64,000 nucleotides of DNA from an uncultured Thermoleophilaceae bacterium (lineage in GTDB: Bacteria; Actinomycetota; Thermoleophilia; Solirubrobacterales; Thermoleophilaceae), in contig CAVTGV010000003.1 of the NCBI GenBank assembly GCA_963734365.1, positions 84,794-148,793 on the forward strand, read 5' to 3'. Below the pieces are notes generated by a model that made no database searches, had not been told where the DNA came from, and saw nothing but the letters and a program-made list of their open reading frames with translations. Both the position numbers and the translations under genes were made by a program. Each line of letters starts with the position of its first letter. Positions within the stretch are counted from its first letter, which is position 1. Below, one piece after another: positions 51,473 through 61,349 of this stretch.

Positions 51473-52556
51473 GCCCGCCACGCTGATCGCCGAGCTCTCC
51501 TACCAGTGCCCGCTGCACTGCCCGTACTGCTCGAACCCGCTCGACATCGGCCACGAGAAGTATCGCCAGGAGCTCGAGACCGAGCACTGGACTCGCACCT
51601 TCCGGGAGGCGCGCGCGCTCGGCGTGCTGCAGCTCGCGCTCACGGGCGGCGAGCCGATGCTGCGCCGCGATCTGGCCGAGCTCTGCTCGGGCGCGCGCGA
51701 CGCCGGTCTCTACTCATCGCTCATCACCGCCGGGGTCAACTTCACGCGCGAGCGTGGCGAGGTGCTGAAGGCGGCCGGGCTCGACCATGTGCAGATCTCG
51801 ATCCAGAGCCCGGACGCCGAGGAGAACGACCGCATCGCCGGCAACCGGTCGTTCGAGAAGAAGATCGCGGCCGCGCGCGTCGTGAAGGAGCTCGACTTCC
51901 CGCTCACGATCAACTGCGTGCTGCACCGGCAGAATCTCGACCGGATCGAGGAGATACTCGAGCTCGCGCTCGAGCTCGGGGCGCAGCGACTCGAGCTTGC
52001 GAACACGCAGTACTACGGCTGGGCGGTGGCCAACCAGGATGCGCTGATGCCGTCCTGGGAGCAGCTCCAGCGCGCGGAGGAGGCGGTCCAGCGCTTCCGC
52101 GAGCGGGTCGGCCCCAAGGTGGACGTCCTCTGGGTGCTCCCCGACTTCTACGAGGATCTACCCAAGCCGTGCATGGGCGGGTGGGGGCGAACGGCGATAG
52201 TCGTCGCTCCGAACGGCGAGGTGCTGCCCTGCCAGGCGGCGTCGACGATCCCGGGGCTCGAGTTCGCCAACGTCCGCGAGCATCCGCTTGAGTGGATCTG
52301 GAACGAGTCCGACGCGTTCATGCGCTTCAGGGGCACGGACTGGATGCAGGAGCCGTGCCGCACGTGCCCGCTCGGACGCCAGGAGGTGGACTTCGGCGGC
52401 TGCCGCTGCCAGGCGCTGCGGCTGACGGGCGACGCCGCCGCCACGGACCCGGTGTGCCGGTTCTCGCCGCATCACGACCGCGTCGTCTCGGCACGCGAGT
52501 CGGCGCAGACCGACGAGTTCGTCTATCGCGCGATCACGCGGCCGGTGCGCGCCTGA
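51459..52556 (+). CDS. pqqE: PqqE radical SAM/SPASM enzyme
   Basis: CPLHCPYC radical SAM cluster motif and a Cys-rich SPASM C-terminus (CRTCPLGRQEVDFGGCRCQA). ATG 51459. Confidence 0.9.
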   Translation: MDQPRPATLIAELSYQCPLHCPYCSNPLDIGHEKYRQELETEHWTRTFREARALGVLQLALTGGEPMLRRDLAELCSGARDAGLYSSLITAGVNFTRERGEVLKAAGLDHVQISIQSPDAEENDRIAGNRSFEKKIAAARVVKELDFPLTINCVLHRQNLDRIEEILELALELGAQRLELANTQYYGWAVANQDALMPSWEQLQRAEEAVQRFRERVGPKVDVLWVLPDFYEDLPKPCMGGWGRTAIVVAPNGEVLPCQAASTIPGLEFANVREHPLEWIWNESDAFMRFRGTDWMQEPCRTCPLGRQEVDFGGCRCQALRLTGDAAATDPVCRFSPHHDRVVSARESAQTDEFVYRAITRPVRA

Positions 52557-53409
52557 CGGCTCGCTCCGCCGTCCCGTGCGGCTCGATGAGCCCGACCGCG
52601 ACGAGCCGATGGTGACACGCGTCCGCGATGTACTCCCGAGTCTCATCAGGGAGTACATCGCCCCAGGCTGCGGCGGCCTCGTCGGCGCGCGCCAGCAGCT
52701 CGTCGAGGAGCTCCCGAGACGGCTGGGCCTCGATCAGGCAGCGCAGGCCGAAGCCGACGTGCCAGCGCTCGTCGAGCTCGACGCGCGCGACACCCTCGCG
52801 CACCCCCGGCAGGGCGTCGTCGGCCAAGTCGATGCGCAGCGCGTGATGCGCGGCGTCGAAGATGATCCCCTCGAGCACCATGTGGTAGAGCGAGACGCCC
52901 TCGCCCAACCCGATGCGACCGGCGGCCAGCTCGGCTGCCATGGCGGGCAGCCGCTCTTCGAAGAGCTCGAGCACAGCGGGCGGGACGTAGGCCCGCGCCG
53001 CTTCGCGCCGCTCCGCGGGGGTGTCTCCGGGCAGCCCGAGTACCTCGGCGGCGATCCGGTCGAACCAAAGCGCATGGCGGTCCTCGTCGCGGCGCTGTAG
53101 GAAGAAGACCCAGGCCATCAGGCTCTCGTGGGAGGCCAAGGTCGCCTCCCTGGCCACGTCTGCGAACGGCGTGATGTGCTCGGAGACCGCGTCCTCGGCC
53201 ACGCGGAAGCCGGCGAAAAGAGTCATGAGAAGGCGGCGACGTTCAGCCGGCAGCTCCGGCCACGCGCGCGCATCTTCGGTGAGGTCGATGGTCGCCGGGT
53301 CCCACTGCAGGCGCGCGACGACCTTGGAAAAGAACTGGGGCCAGAAGGTGCGCCTCGGGAGGACGAAGTGCCCGCCCAGCGTGCTCTCCCAGAGCTGCCC
53401 GTCAGCCAT
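52534..53409 (-). CDS. Ferritin-like diiron protein, ribonucleotide reductase R2-like family
   Basis: Two ExxH motifs (DEDRH, DERWH) plus YHMVLEG. ATG 53409 (MADGQLW). Confidence 0.65.
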   Translation of the reverse strand: MADGQLWESTLGGHFVLPRRTFWPQFFSKVVARLQWDPATIDLTEDARAWPELPAERRRLLMTLFAGFRVAEDAVSEHITPFADVAREATLASHESLMAWVFFLQRRDEDRHALWFDRIAAEVLGLPGDTPAERREAARAYVPPAVLELFEERLPAMAAELAAGRIGLGEGVSLYHMVLEGIIFDAAHHALRIDLADDALPGVREGVARVELDERWHVGFGLRCLIEAQPSRELLDELLARADEAAAAWGDVLPDETREYIADACHHRLVAVGLIEPHGTAERAVRRAPAA

Positions 53410-53679
53410 AGGCTCGAAAGGGTATCCACCCGCCGTTTGGGACCAACCGCTCGTGCGATGGCCTTGAGCTCCGCCCGATATCGTTGGCTGGGCGCATGAC
53501 CGAGCGAAGCGCGCTTCTCGGCAGCGACGTCCAGGCGCGGCGCCCGTCGACCCAGCTGAGACGATCCACAAGCACACGGTGGTGGCCGAGCGCCACGGCC
53601 TGTTCGGCGACCTGCGCCACGAAGTCGCCTTCGGGCGAGCGGATGAGCCGCCACGTTACGAAGCGCGAGTGGCTCGAGG

Positions 53680-54429
53680 ATGTCTCCGGTCCCGACAGGC
53701 CCTAGGGCAAATCTCGCCGGCTACGCCCGCTCGGCCGCGGCGTACGAGCGCGGCCGTCCCGACTACCCGCCGGCTGCGATCGACTTCCTCGCCGCGAGAC
53801 TGCGCCTCGGGCCGGGTCGCGTGGTGGTCGACCTGGCCGCGGGCACCGGAAAGCTCACGCGTCCCCTGCTCGCCAGCGGCGCCGAGGTGGTCGCCGTGGA
53901 GCCGGTGGCCGAGATGCGAGCAGAGCTGCCGGCGGGTGCGCGGGCGATGAACGGAACGGCAGAGGAGATGCCGCTGAGCACCGGGAGTGCCGACGCCGTC
54001 GTCGTCGCTCAAGCCTTCCACTGGTTCGACGGCGATGCGGCCCTGGCCGAGATCCATCGCGTACTGCGGCCCGGTGGCTCGCTCGCCCTGGTCTGGAACC
54101 GCCGGCGGATGGACGACCCGCTGAACCAGGCGATCGAGGAGCTGCTCGCCCCGTACCGCGGCCACATGTCCACGTTGCACACGGGTGCCTGGGACGTCGC
54201 CTTTGAGAGCACCAAGCTGTTCGGGCCGCTCGAGGAGCGCGTATTTCCGAACCCTCAGTATCTGGACGCCGACGGCCTGGCCGACCGGATCGCCTCGGTC
54301 AACTTCGTTGCCAAGCTCGACGAGAAGGAGCGGACGAACGTGGTTCAGGCGGCGCGCGCCCTCGCCGGAGCCGGCGGCGTGACGATTCCTCAGGACACCG
54401 AAGTGCTGGTGGCGGAGCGGCTGGGGTAG
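53680..54429 (+). CDS. Class I SAM-dependent methyltransferase
   Basis: VVDLAAGTGKLT motif I and LRPGGSLALVW motif. Confidence 0.8.
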   Translation: MSPVPTGPRANLAGYARSAAAYERGRPDYPPAAIDFLAARLRLGPGRVVVDLAAGTGKLTRPLLASGAEVVAVEPVAEMRAELPAGARAMNGTAEEMPLSTGSADAVVVAQAFHWFDGDAALAEIHRVLRPGGSLALVWNRRRMDDPLNQAIEELLAPYRGHMSTLHTGAWDVAFESTKLFGPLEERVFPNPQYLDADGLADRIASVNFVAKLDEKERTNVVQAARALAGAGGVTIPQDTEVLVAERLG

Positions 54430-54440
54430 AAAGGAGCACC

Positions 54441-54749
54441 ATGGCCTACACGAGGGAACAGATCCGGGAAGCCGCCGAGCGCGCGGGGGACGAGCACTGG
54501 CAGGCCCTGATCCGCCATCACGAGGACGCCTATCCGGAGAGCCGCCCGACGCCGGGTGATGTCTGCCGGGCCGAGGCGGAGCGGCTCAACGAGCTCGGGT
54601 TCGGTGACGCCGGGGACCTCGAGTTGGTCGAGACCCGCGTCGAGCGCACCGATTCCACCGTTCGCCTCGTTCACGTCTTCGAGTACGGGCCTCAAAAGGC
54701 TCGCCTGCTGACGGAGCCCTTTGAGGGGTACGGAGGTGACACGGCGTGA
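54441..54749 (+). CDS. Hypothetical acidic protein
   Basis: 102 aa with good GC3. RBS GAAAGGAG before the ATG. Its stop abuts the tRNA. Confidence 0.45.
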   Translation: MAYTREQIREAAERAGDEHWQALIRHHEDAYPESRPTPGDVCRAEAERLNELGFGDAGDLELVETRVERTDSTVRLVHVFEYGPQKARLLTEPFEGYGGDTA

Positions 54750-54750
54750 A

Positions 54751-54824
54751 TCGGGCTGACTGGATTTGAACCAGCGACCTCTCCGACCCGAACGGAGCGC
54801 GCTACCAGGCTGCGCCACAGCCCG
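54751..54824 (-). tRNA. tRNA-Pro (anticodon CGG)
   Basis: Hand-folded cloverleaf: acceptor CGGGCTG/CAGCCCG, D arm GCGC-AGCCTGGTA-GCGC, anticodon arm CTCCG-TTCGGGT-CGGAG, T arm GCTGG-TTCAAAT-CCAGT. CCA is not encoded. Confidence 0.9.
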
Positions 54825-54898
54825 AGCGCCACACACTAGCGGTAGCTGGCGCGTTCAACCTGCGCGGGCCGGCGGGTCGATTGCCATACTCAGGCTGC

Positions 54899-56125
54899 GT
54901 GAGGTACCGCCGGTACGGAATCGCCGTGGCGCTGTCCGTTGCTGCTCTGATCGCGGGCTGCTCCTCGGATGACGAGGAGCGCGCGGCCGCTCCGCCTGCC
55001 GCCACCAGCACTCAGAGCGGGGGATCGGATGGGGGCTCGGAAGGGCAGTCTGCCGCCCGCCGCCAGGTTCGCCTGCTGCGGCTCGGGAGCTTCTCCGAGC
55101 CCACATATCTGACCGCTCCGCGCGGTGACAGGCGCCGCTTCGTGGTGGAGCGCAGCGGCCGGATATTGATCGTGAAGGGCGGCCGGGTGCTCGACGAGCC
55201 CTTCCTCGACATGTCGGGTGAAGTCAGCACCGGCGGCGAAAGCGGCCTGCTGTCGATGGCCTTTGCTCCGGACTACGCCCAGTCGCGGCGCTTCTACGTC
55301 TACTACACCGATCAGCAGGGCTACATCAACATCGCCCAGTACCAGGGTGAGGCCGGCAACCCGGACCGCGCCGACGCCGGCAGCAGGCGGACCGTGATCC
55401 GCGTGCCCCACCGGCGCTCCAACCACAAGGGTGGCCAGATCCAGTTCGGCCCCGACGGCCGGCTCTACGCGGGCTTCGGCGACGGTGGCGGAGGCGGGGA
55501 TCCAGATGAGAACGCCCAGAACCTCTCGCGCATGCTCGGCAAGCTCATCCGGATAGAGCCCAAGGCGGGCGGTGGGTACTCGATCCCGCGGAGCAACCCG
55601 TTCCGCAATCGCTCGGGCGCTCGCCCGGAAGTGTTCGCGTACGGGCTACGCAACCCCTATCGGTTCTCGTTCGACCGTCGCAGCGGCGCGCTCACCATCG
55701 GCGATGTCGGCCAGGATGCGGTGGAGGAGATCGACTACACACCGGGGCGCGGCCGCACGCGCGCGCCGCGTGCGGGCGAGAACTTCGGTTGGGACGTGTG
55801 GGAGGGCCGCAGCCGCTACGAGGGCGGCACGGCGCGCGGCTACGTGCCTCCTGCGATCGCCCACTCCCAGGACGGCGGTTACTGCTCGATCATCGGCGGC
55901 TACGTGATCCGCGACCGTGCGCTCGGGCGCGGCTGGAACGGCCGCTACGTGTACGGCGACTACTGCAACCCGGTGATCCGCCTCGCCCGTCTGCGACGCG
56001 GCAAGAGCGCCAACCGCGCAACCCGTCTGCGCGTGCCGGGCCTGGTCTCGTTCGGCGAGGACGGCCAGGGGCGCGTGTACGCGATCTCGCTCAACGGGCC
56101 GGTCTACCGCCTCGGCGTTCGCTGA
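54899..56125 (+). CDS. PQQ-dependent sugar (glucose/sorbosone) dehydrogenase family beta-propeller lipoprotein
   Basis: Lipobox LIAGC after RYRRYGIAVALSVAA. Motifs GLLSMAFAPDY, HKGGQIQFGPDGRLY, FAYGLRNPYRFSFD. The start could be TTG 54881. Confidence 0.85.
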   Translation: MRYRRYGIAVALSVAALIAGCSSDDEERAAAPPAATSTQSGGSDGGSEGQSAARRQVRLLRLGSFSEPTYLTAPRGDRRRFVVERSGRILIVKGGRVLDEPFLDMSGEVSTGGESGLLSMAFAPDYAQSRRFYVYYTDQQGYINIAQYQGEAGNPDRADAGSRRTVIRVPHRRSNHKGGQIQFGPDGRLYAGFGDGGGGGDPDENAQNLSRMLGKLIRIEPKAGGGYSIPRSNPFRNRSGARPEVFAYGLRNPYRFSFDRRSGALTIGDVGQDAVEEIDYTPGRGRTRAPRAGENFGWDVWEGRSRYEGGTARGYVPPAIAHSQDGGYCSIIGGYVIRDRALGRGWNGRYVYGDYCNPVIRLARLRRGKSANRATRLRVPGLVSFGEDGQGRVYAISLNGPVYRLGVR

Positions 56126-56177
56126 GAGGCCGCAGCCGCATGCAACACTGCGGGCTCCCCGAGCGAGGAGTTCGTGC

Positions 56178-57062
56178 ATGTACTTCGAGGGCGTGATCCC
56201 CGCCGCCTTGACGCCGTTCGACGCGACCGGCGCCGTGGACACCGCCGCGCTGGCGCGCAACACCCACTGGGTGCTCGAACAGGGCGCCACCGGGGTAGTG
56301 GGGACCGGCACGATGGGCGAGGCCCAGAGCCTCAGCCCGGCCGAGCGCCGCCTGGTGCTCGAGACGCTCGTGGAGGCGGCAGCGGGGCGGGTGACGGTCA
56401 CGGCCGGGGTGTCGAGTGAGACACCCGCCACCTCGATCGGCTATGCCGCCGACGCCGCCGCGGCAGGCGCGGGTGCCCTGATGTTGCTGCCCTCGCTCGG
56501 CTACGAGGGAGACGACCGCGAGATCGAGGCGTTCTATCGCTCGGTGGCCGCATCCACCGACCTGCCGATCATGGCCTACAACAACCCCAAGGCCAGCGGC
56601 ACCGACATGCGGCCTGAGCTCATCGCGAGGCTCGCCGAGATCGACGGGGTGGTGGCGATAAAGGAGTGCTCGGGCGACGCTCGGCGCATCTCCGAGATCC
56701 TCAATACCACCGCCGACTTCGAGGTGCTGGTGGGCGGCGACGACTGGGCGCTCGAGGGCTTCTGTGCCGGCGCGGTGGGCTGGGTGGCCGGCGTGGCCAA
56801 CATCGCACCCCGCGAGTGCGTCGAGATGCAGCGCCTGTGCAGCGACGGGCGCCTCGAAGAGGCTCGCGAGCTCTACGAACGTCTGCTCCCGCTCGGCCGC
56901 TTGGACATGCGGCCGAAGCTCGTGCAGTACTTCAAGGCGGCGATGGACCTGGTCGGGCGTGACGGCGGCTCCTGCCGCCTGCCGCGCCTCGCGCTCACCG
57001 AGTCCGAGCGACAGGAGGTCGAGGAGGCGGTGGCGATGCTCGGCGCACGGGTAGCCGGGTGA
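56178..57062 (+). CDS. DapA-family lyase (likely 1-pyrroline-4-hydroxy-2-carboxylate deaminase, given its context)
   Basis: IPAALTPFD...GTGTMGEAQSLS is typical of DHDPS/NAL. Followed by an epimerase, an FAD dehydrogenase and a convergently oriented ALDH. Confidence 0.8.
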   Translation: MYFEGVIPAALTPFDATGAVDTAALARNTHWVLEQGATGVVGTGTMGEAQSLSPAERRLVLETLVEAAAGRVTVTAGVSSETPATSIGYAADAAAAGAGALMLLPSLGYEGDDREIEAFYRSVAASTDLPIMAYNNPKASGTDMRPELIARLAEIDGVVAIKECSGDARRISEILNTTADFEVLVGGDDWALEGFCAGAVGWVAGVANIAPRECVEMQRLCSDGRLEEARELYERLLPLGRLDMRPKLVQYFKAAMDLVGRDGGSCRLPRLALTESERQEVEEAVAMLGARVAG

Positions 57063-58060
57063 AGGCAAGCCGGGTCTTCTCGGCCGTCGACTCGCATACC
57101 GAGGGCATGCCCACCCGCGTGGTCACCGGCGGGGTGGGGCCGATCCCCGGCGCCTCCATGCTCGAGCGCAAGCTCCACTTCGAGGAGCACCTCGACCACC
57201 TGCGCCTGCTCCTCATGCGCGAGCCGCGTGGCCACGGCGCGATGTCCGGAGCGATCCTCCAGCCGCCGCTCGCCGAGGGCGCGGACTGGGGAGTGCTGTT
57301 CATCGAGGTCTCGGGCTGCCTGCCGATGTGCGGCCACGGCACCATCGGCGTGGCCACCGTGCTCGTCGAGACGGGCATGGTCGAGGTCACCGAGCCCGAG
57401 ACCCTCGTCCGGCTCGACACCCCCGCCGGGCTGGTGGAGGCCCGGGTGGCGGTGGAGGGCGGCCGCGCGCGCTCGGTGTCGCTGCGCAACGTGCCCTCCT
57501 TCCTGCTGGGCGCCGGTCGCCGCGCGCAGGTCAACGGGGGCACCCTCGACTACGACATGGCCTTCGGCGGCAACTTCTACGCCCTGCTCCCGGCCGAGTC
57601 GGCGGGACTGACGGTGGACCCGGCCCGTTCCAGCGAGCTGATCGAGACGGGATTGGAGCTCATGGACGCGATCAACCGCTCGGAGCCGCCTGTGCACCCG
57701 GCCGACGAGCGGATCGCCGGTTGCCGGCACGTGGTGTTCACCGCCCCCGGCGAGGACGGGCCGCACTCGCAGCGCAGCGCCACCTCGATCCATCCGGGCT
57801 GGCTCGACCGTTCGCCGTGCGGCACCGGCACGTCGGCCAAGCTCGCGCAGCTCCACGCCCGCGGCGAGCTCGCGGTGGGCGACGAGTTCGTCAACCGGTC
57901 GGTGATCGGCACGCGCTTCGGAGCGCGGATCGTGGCCGAGACCGAGGTCGCCGGTCTTCCGGCCGTGGTGCCGGAGATCACCGGGCGGGCCTGGATCACG
58001 GGCATGGCCCAGTACGTGCTCGACCCCGAGGATCCGTTCCCGGCGGGCTTCGCGCTCTGA
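57059..58060 (+). CDS. Proline racemase family enzyme, 4-hydroxyproline 2-epimerase type (Cys/Cys pair)
   Basis: DSHTEGMPTRVV, catalytic PMCGHG and SPCGTGTSA. Confidence 0.85.
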   Translation: MKASRVFSAVDSHTEGMPTRVVTGGVGPIPGASMLERKLHFEEHLDHLRLLLMREPRGHGAMSGAILQPPLAEGADWGVLFIEVSGCLPMCGHGTIGVATVLVETGMVEVTEPETLVRLDTPAGLVEARVAVEGGRARSVSLRNVPSFLLGAGRRAQVNGGTLDYDMAFGGNFYALLPAESAGLTVDPARSSELIETGLELMDAINRSEPPVHPADERIAGCRHVVFTAPGEDGPHSQRSATSIHPGWLDRSPCGTGTSAKLAQLHARGELAVGDEFVNRSVIGTRFGARIVAETEVAGLPAVVPEITGRAWITGMAQYVLDPEDPFPAGFAL

Positions 58061-58077
58061 GCGTCCGCTCGTTCGAG

Positions 58078-59220
58078 GTGGCGGTGGTGGGCGCCGGGAT
58101 CGTCGGCTGCGCAACCGCCTGGGAGCTCGCTCGCCGGGGTGTGGCGGTATGCCTGCTCGAGCGGGGCGAGCTGTCGTCCGGAACCACGGGGCTGGGCGAG
58201 GGCAACGTGCTGTGCTGCGACAAGGAGCCGGGGCCGGAGCTCGAGCTGGCCAAGGCCGGGCTCGCTCTGTACGACGAGCTCGAGGATCTGCTGGGTCAGG
58301 AGGCGGGCATCCGGCGCAAGGGGGCGCTCGTGGTGCACGCGGAGGCCCAGGGCTGGGAGCGCGAGACTGAGCGGGTGGCCGGGCTCGGTGCGGCGGGAGT
58401 CGACTGCTCCCTGCTCGATCGAGCCGCCCTCCAAGAGGCCGAGCCCGAGCTGCGAGGGGAGCAGCTGCTGGGCGGATCGTGGTTTCCCCGGGACCTGCAG
58501 TGCGCGCCGCGAGCCATCGCCCGCGGTCTGGCCCGCGAGGCGGCCGCGCTCGGCGCGGAGCTGCGCACGGGGACGACGGTCGAGTCGATCGCGGTGGCCG
58601 GCGGCCGGGTGGAGGGTCTGCTGGTGGGCGCCGACACGGGTGTCGAGCGGGTCCGCGCCGACCACGTGGTGCTCGCCGCCGGAGCCTGGAGCGCGCCGTT
58701 GGCGCTCACGGCCGGACTCGAGTTGCCGCTCGAGCCGCGCAAGGGCCAGCTCGTCCAGCTGGAACGCCGCCCCGGCTTCATGCGACACAAGGTCATCGAC
58801 GGCGGCTACATGGCCGCGGTGGCCAATCCGGCTGCCGGGCTTCAGGTGAGCCCTGTGGTGGAGACCACCCTCGACGGGCACGTGCTCGTGGGGTCGAGCC
58901 GCGAGCGCCGCGGTTTCGATCTGGAGGTGGATCCGGCGGTGAGCACGGCCCTGCTCGACGCGGCCGCGCGGATCGCTCCCGGGCTCCGAGACCTACGGCC
59001 TCACTCGGCCTGGGCCGGCCTGCGGCCCTGGCTCCCGGGCGGCCTGCCGGCGATCGGGCCGACCGTCGCGGCGGAGGGCCTCTGGGCGGCCACCGGCCAC
59101 GAGGGTGCCGGCGTGGCTCACGGGCCGTTGACCGGCCGCCTCATCGCTCAGGCGATCTCGGGCGAACAGCCGGCGATCGGGCTCGCCCCCTTCGACCCCG
59201 ACCGCTTCAGGCCAGGTTGA
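58078..59220 (+). CDS. FAD-dependent oxidoreductase (D-hydroxyproline dehydrogenase-like)
   Basis: VAVVGAGIVGCATAWELARRG Rossmann motif. GTG 58078 is the first canonical start; an in-frame CTG at 58057 overlaps the upstream stop. Confidence 0.8.
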   Translation: MAVVGAGIVGCATAWELARRGVAVCLLERGELSSGTTGLGEGNVLCCDKEPGPELELAKAGLALYDELEDLLGQEAGIRRKGALVVHAEAQGWERETERVAGLGAAGVDCSLLDRAALQEAEPELRGEQLLGGSWFPRDLQCAPRAIARGLAREAAALGAELRTGTTVESIAVAGGRVEGLLVGADTGVERVRADHVVLAAGAWSAPLALTAGLELPLEPRKGQLVQLERRPGFMRHKVIDGGYMAAVANPAAGLQVSPVVETTLDGHVLVGSSRERRGFDLEVDPAVSTALLDAAARIAPGLRDLRPHSAWAGLRPWLPGGLPAIGPTVAAEGLWAATGHEGAGVAHGPLTGRLIAQAISGEQPAIGLAPFDPDRFRPG

Positions 59221-60706
59221 TCCAGACCGTCTTGTTCTCGAGATAGGCGTCGAGCCCCTCGCGGCCGTGTTCGCGGCCCACGCCCGAGGCCTTGAAGCCG
59301 CCGAACGGGGCCGACGGGTCGCCGGCGCTCCACGTGTTGACCCAGATGTCGCCCGCACGCAGCAGCGCGGCGAGCTGGTGCGCCTTCTTCAGGTCGCGCG
59401 TCCAGACGCCGGCGGCCAGGCCGTACGGGGTGTCGTTCGCGCGCCGGGCCACCTCCTCGATCGAGTCGTAGGGCAGCGCCACCAGGACGGGGCCGAAGAT
59501 CTCCTCGCGGGCGATCTTCAGGTCGTCCCGGGTGGCACTGAACAGGGTGGGCTCCACGAAATAGCCGTCGCCTCCTGAGTCAGGGGCGCCGCCGCCGGCC
59601 ACCAGCTCCGCCCCCTCGGAGCGGCCGCTCTCGATGTAGCCGCGCACCCGCTCCTCCTGCTCGGCCGAGATGAGCGGGCCCACCTGAGTGGAGGGGTCGA
59701 GCCCGGGACCGACCCGCGCTTTGGCCGCGGCCTCGGCCAGTCCGGCCATCACCTCGTCGTACTGGCCGGAGTGCACGAACAGGCGCGAGCCGGCGTTGCA
59801 GGCCTGACCGGCGTTGTAGTAGATCGCCTGGTAGGCCCCCTTGACCGCCCGGTCTAGATCGGCGTCGGGAAGGATGATGTTGGGCGATTTGCCGCCCAGC
59901 TCCAGCGTCACGCGCTTGAGCGCGCGGCCCGCCTTCGCGCCGATCTCGCGGCCGACGACGGTGGAGCCGGTGAAGGCGATCTTGTCCACGTCCTCGTGGT
60001 CCACCAGCGCCGCGCCGGTCTCGCCGTCGCCCGTGATCACGTTGAGCACTCCCTCGGGGAGCCCGGCCTCCAGCGCGAGCTCGCCGAGCCGCAGGGCCGT
60101 GAGGGGAGTCTGCTCCGCCGGCTTGAGCACCACCGTGCAGCCCGCCGCCAGCGCAGGCCCGAGCTTCCAGGCCGCCATCAGCAGGGGGAAGTTCCAGGGG
60201 ATGATCTGCCCGGCCACGCCCACGGGCTCCTTGCGCGTGTAGCAGTGCATGTCCGGGGTGGCCACTGGAAGCACCTCGCCCGCGATCCGCTGCGGCCAGC
60301 CCGCGAAGTAGCGCAGATGCTCGGCCGCCAGGCGCACGTCCACGCGCTTGGCGAGCTTGACCGGCTTGCCGTTGTCGAGCGACTCGAGCTCGGCCAGCTC
60401 GTCGGCGTGCGAGTCGATCGCGTCCGCGAGCGCCAGCAGCGCTTCGCCGCGCCGGGCGGCCACGAGTCCCGTCCAGCGCCCGTCCTCGAACGCCTCGCGT
60501 GCCGCGCGGACGGCGCGGTCGACGTCCTCGGCGCCGGCGTGGGGCACGTCGGCGATGGGCCGGCCGGTGGCCGGATCCACGGTTTGGAACGTGCGCCCGT
60601 CCACGGCCTCGAGCCGCTCGCCCCCGACGACGAAGCGGTGCGGGCCCGCGGCGAACGCACGGGCGGGCTCGGACAGGGCTTCGGGCAGGACGGCGGCGGT
60701 CGTCAT
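59207..60706 (-). CDS. NAD(P)-dependent aldehyde dehydrogenase (alpha-ketoglutarate semialdehyde dehydrogenase-like, given its context)
   Basis: 499 aa. ELGGKSP and the catalytic Cys region GQACNAGSR. Confidence 0.9.
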   Translation of the reverse strand: MTTAAVLPEALSEPARAFAAGPHRFVVGGERLEAVDGRTFQTVDPATGRPIADVPHAGAEDVDRAVRAAREAFEDGRWTGLVAARRGEALLALADAIDSHADELAELESLDNGKPVKLAKRVDVRLAAEHLRYFAGWPQRIAGEVLPVATPDMHCYTRKEPVGVAGQIIPWNFPLLMAAWKLGPALAAGCTVVLKPAEQTPLTALRLGELALEAGLPEGVLNVITGDGETGAALVDHEDVDKIAFTGSTVVGREIGAKAGRALKRVTLELGGKSPNIILPDADLDRAVKGAYQAIYYNAGQACNAGSRLFVHSGQYDEVMAGLAEAAAKARVGPGLDPSTQVGPLISAEQEERVRGYIESGRSEGAELVAGGGAPDSGGDGYFVEPTLFSATRDDLKIAREEIFGPVLVALPYDSIEEVARRANDTPYGLAAGVWTRDLKKAHQLAALLRAGDIWVNTWSAGDPSAPFGGFKASGVGREHGREGLDAYLENKTVWINLA

Positions 60707-60716
60707 GGCCCCAAAG

Positions 60717-61349
60717 CTAGTCCGTGAACGTCAGCTCAACCGCGCCCAGCGCGTCCAGCTCGAGCCGGACACGGTCTCCCGGCTCGGCGGGATGCGGCGG
60801 AGCCAGAACGCCGGTGATGATGCGGTCGCCGGGACGGAGGTCCTCGCCCGCCGCCGCCAGCCGAGCGGCCACGACCTCCACCATCGCCTCCAGCTGGCCG
60901 CCGGCGTGGTCGGCGCTGAACTCGTGCGCGATCTCGCCGTTGACCAGGATCCGTCCGGCCCCGGGCTCGCCCGTCTCGACCCGGGGGCCGAAGGCCACTC
61001 CGCGGTGGAAGATGTTGCCGGCCAGGATCGTCTCCACGTCCTGCGAGAGGTCCGGCGGATCGGCCACCTCGATCGCCGGCAACAGCGCAACGATCGAGCG
61101 GGCATCGTCGCCCAGCTCCACCGCGACCTCGGACTCCGCCACCAGCGGACCGTCCGCGAGCGAGACCTCGTCGCCGTCCTCGTGCAGTCCGCCCGTGGTC
61201 ATGAAGCCGGCGAGCGGAGCGTCGAGGCCGAGCTTCTCCTGGAGCTCCGGGACGTTGAAGCCGATCTTCCAGCCGATCGGCTCCGCCCCCTGCGCGACGA
61301 TCTCCCGCAGGCGGACGAGGAGTGCCGTGGTGCCCCGCTCGACGCTCAC
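60717..61349 (-). CDS. 2-oxopent-4-enoate hydratase/decarboxylase-like (FAH superfamily) protein
   Basis: GWKIGFNVPELQEKLGLDAPLAGFM and AIEVAD patterns. GTG 61349 overlaps the upstream stop (GTGA). Confidence 0.6.
   Translation of the reverse strand: MSVERGTTALLVRLREIVAQGAEPIGWKIGFNVPELQEKLGLDAPLAGFMTTGGLHEDGDEVSLADGPLVAESEVAVELGDDARSIVALLPAIEVADPPDLSQDVETILAGNIFHRGVAFGPRVETGEPGAGRILVNGEIAHEFSADHAGGQLEAMVEVVAARLAAAGEDLRPGDRIITGVLAPPHPAEPGDRVRLELDALGAVELTFTD

Noticed and set aside
54751-54824. tRNA-Pro as the integration site of a genomic island (the C1/PQQ region)
   Set aside because: There is no integrase next to the tRNA. I could not spot a direct repeat of the tRNA 3' end elsewhere in the window by eye. 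A computational repeat search is needed before claiming this.
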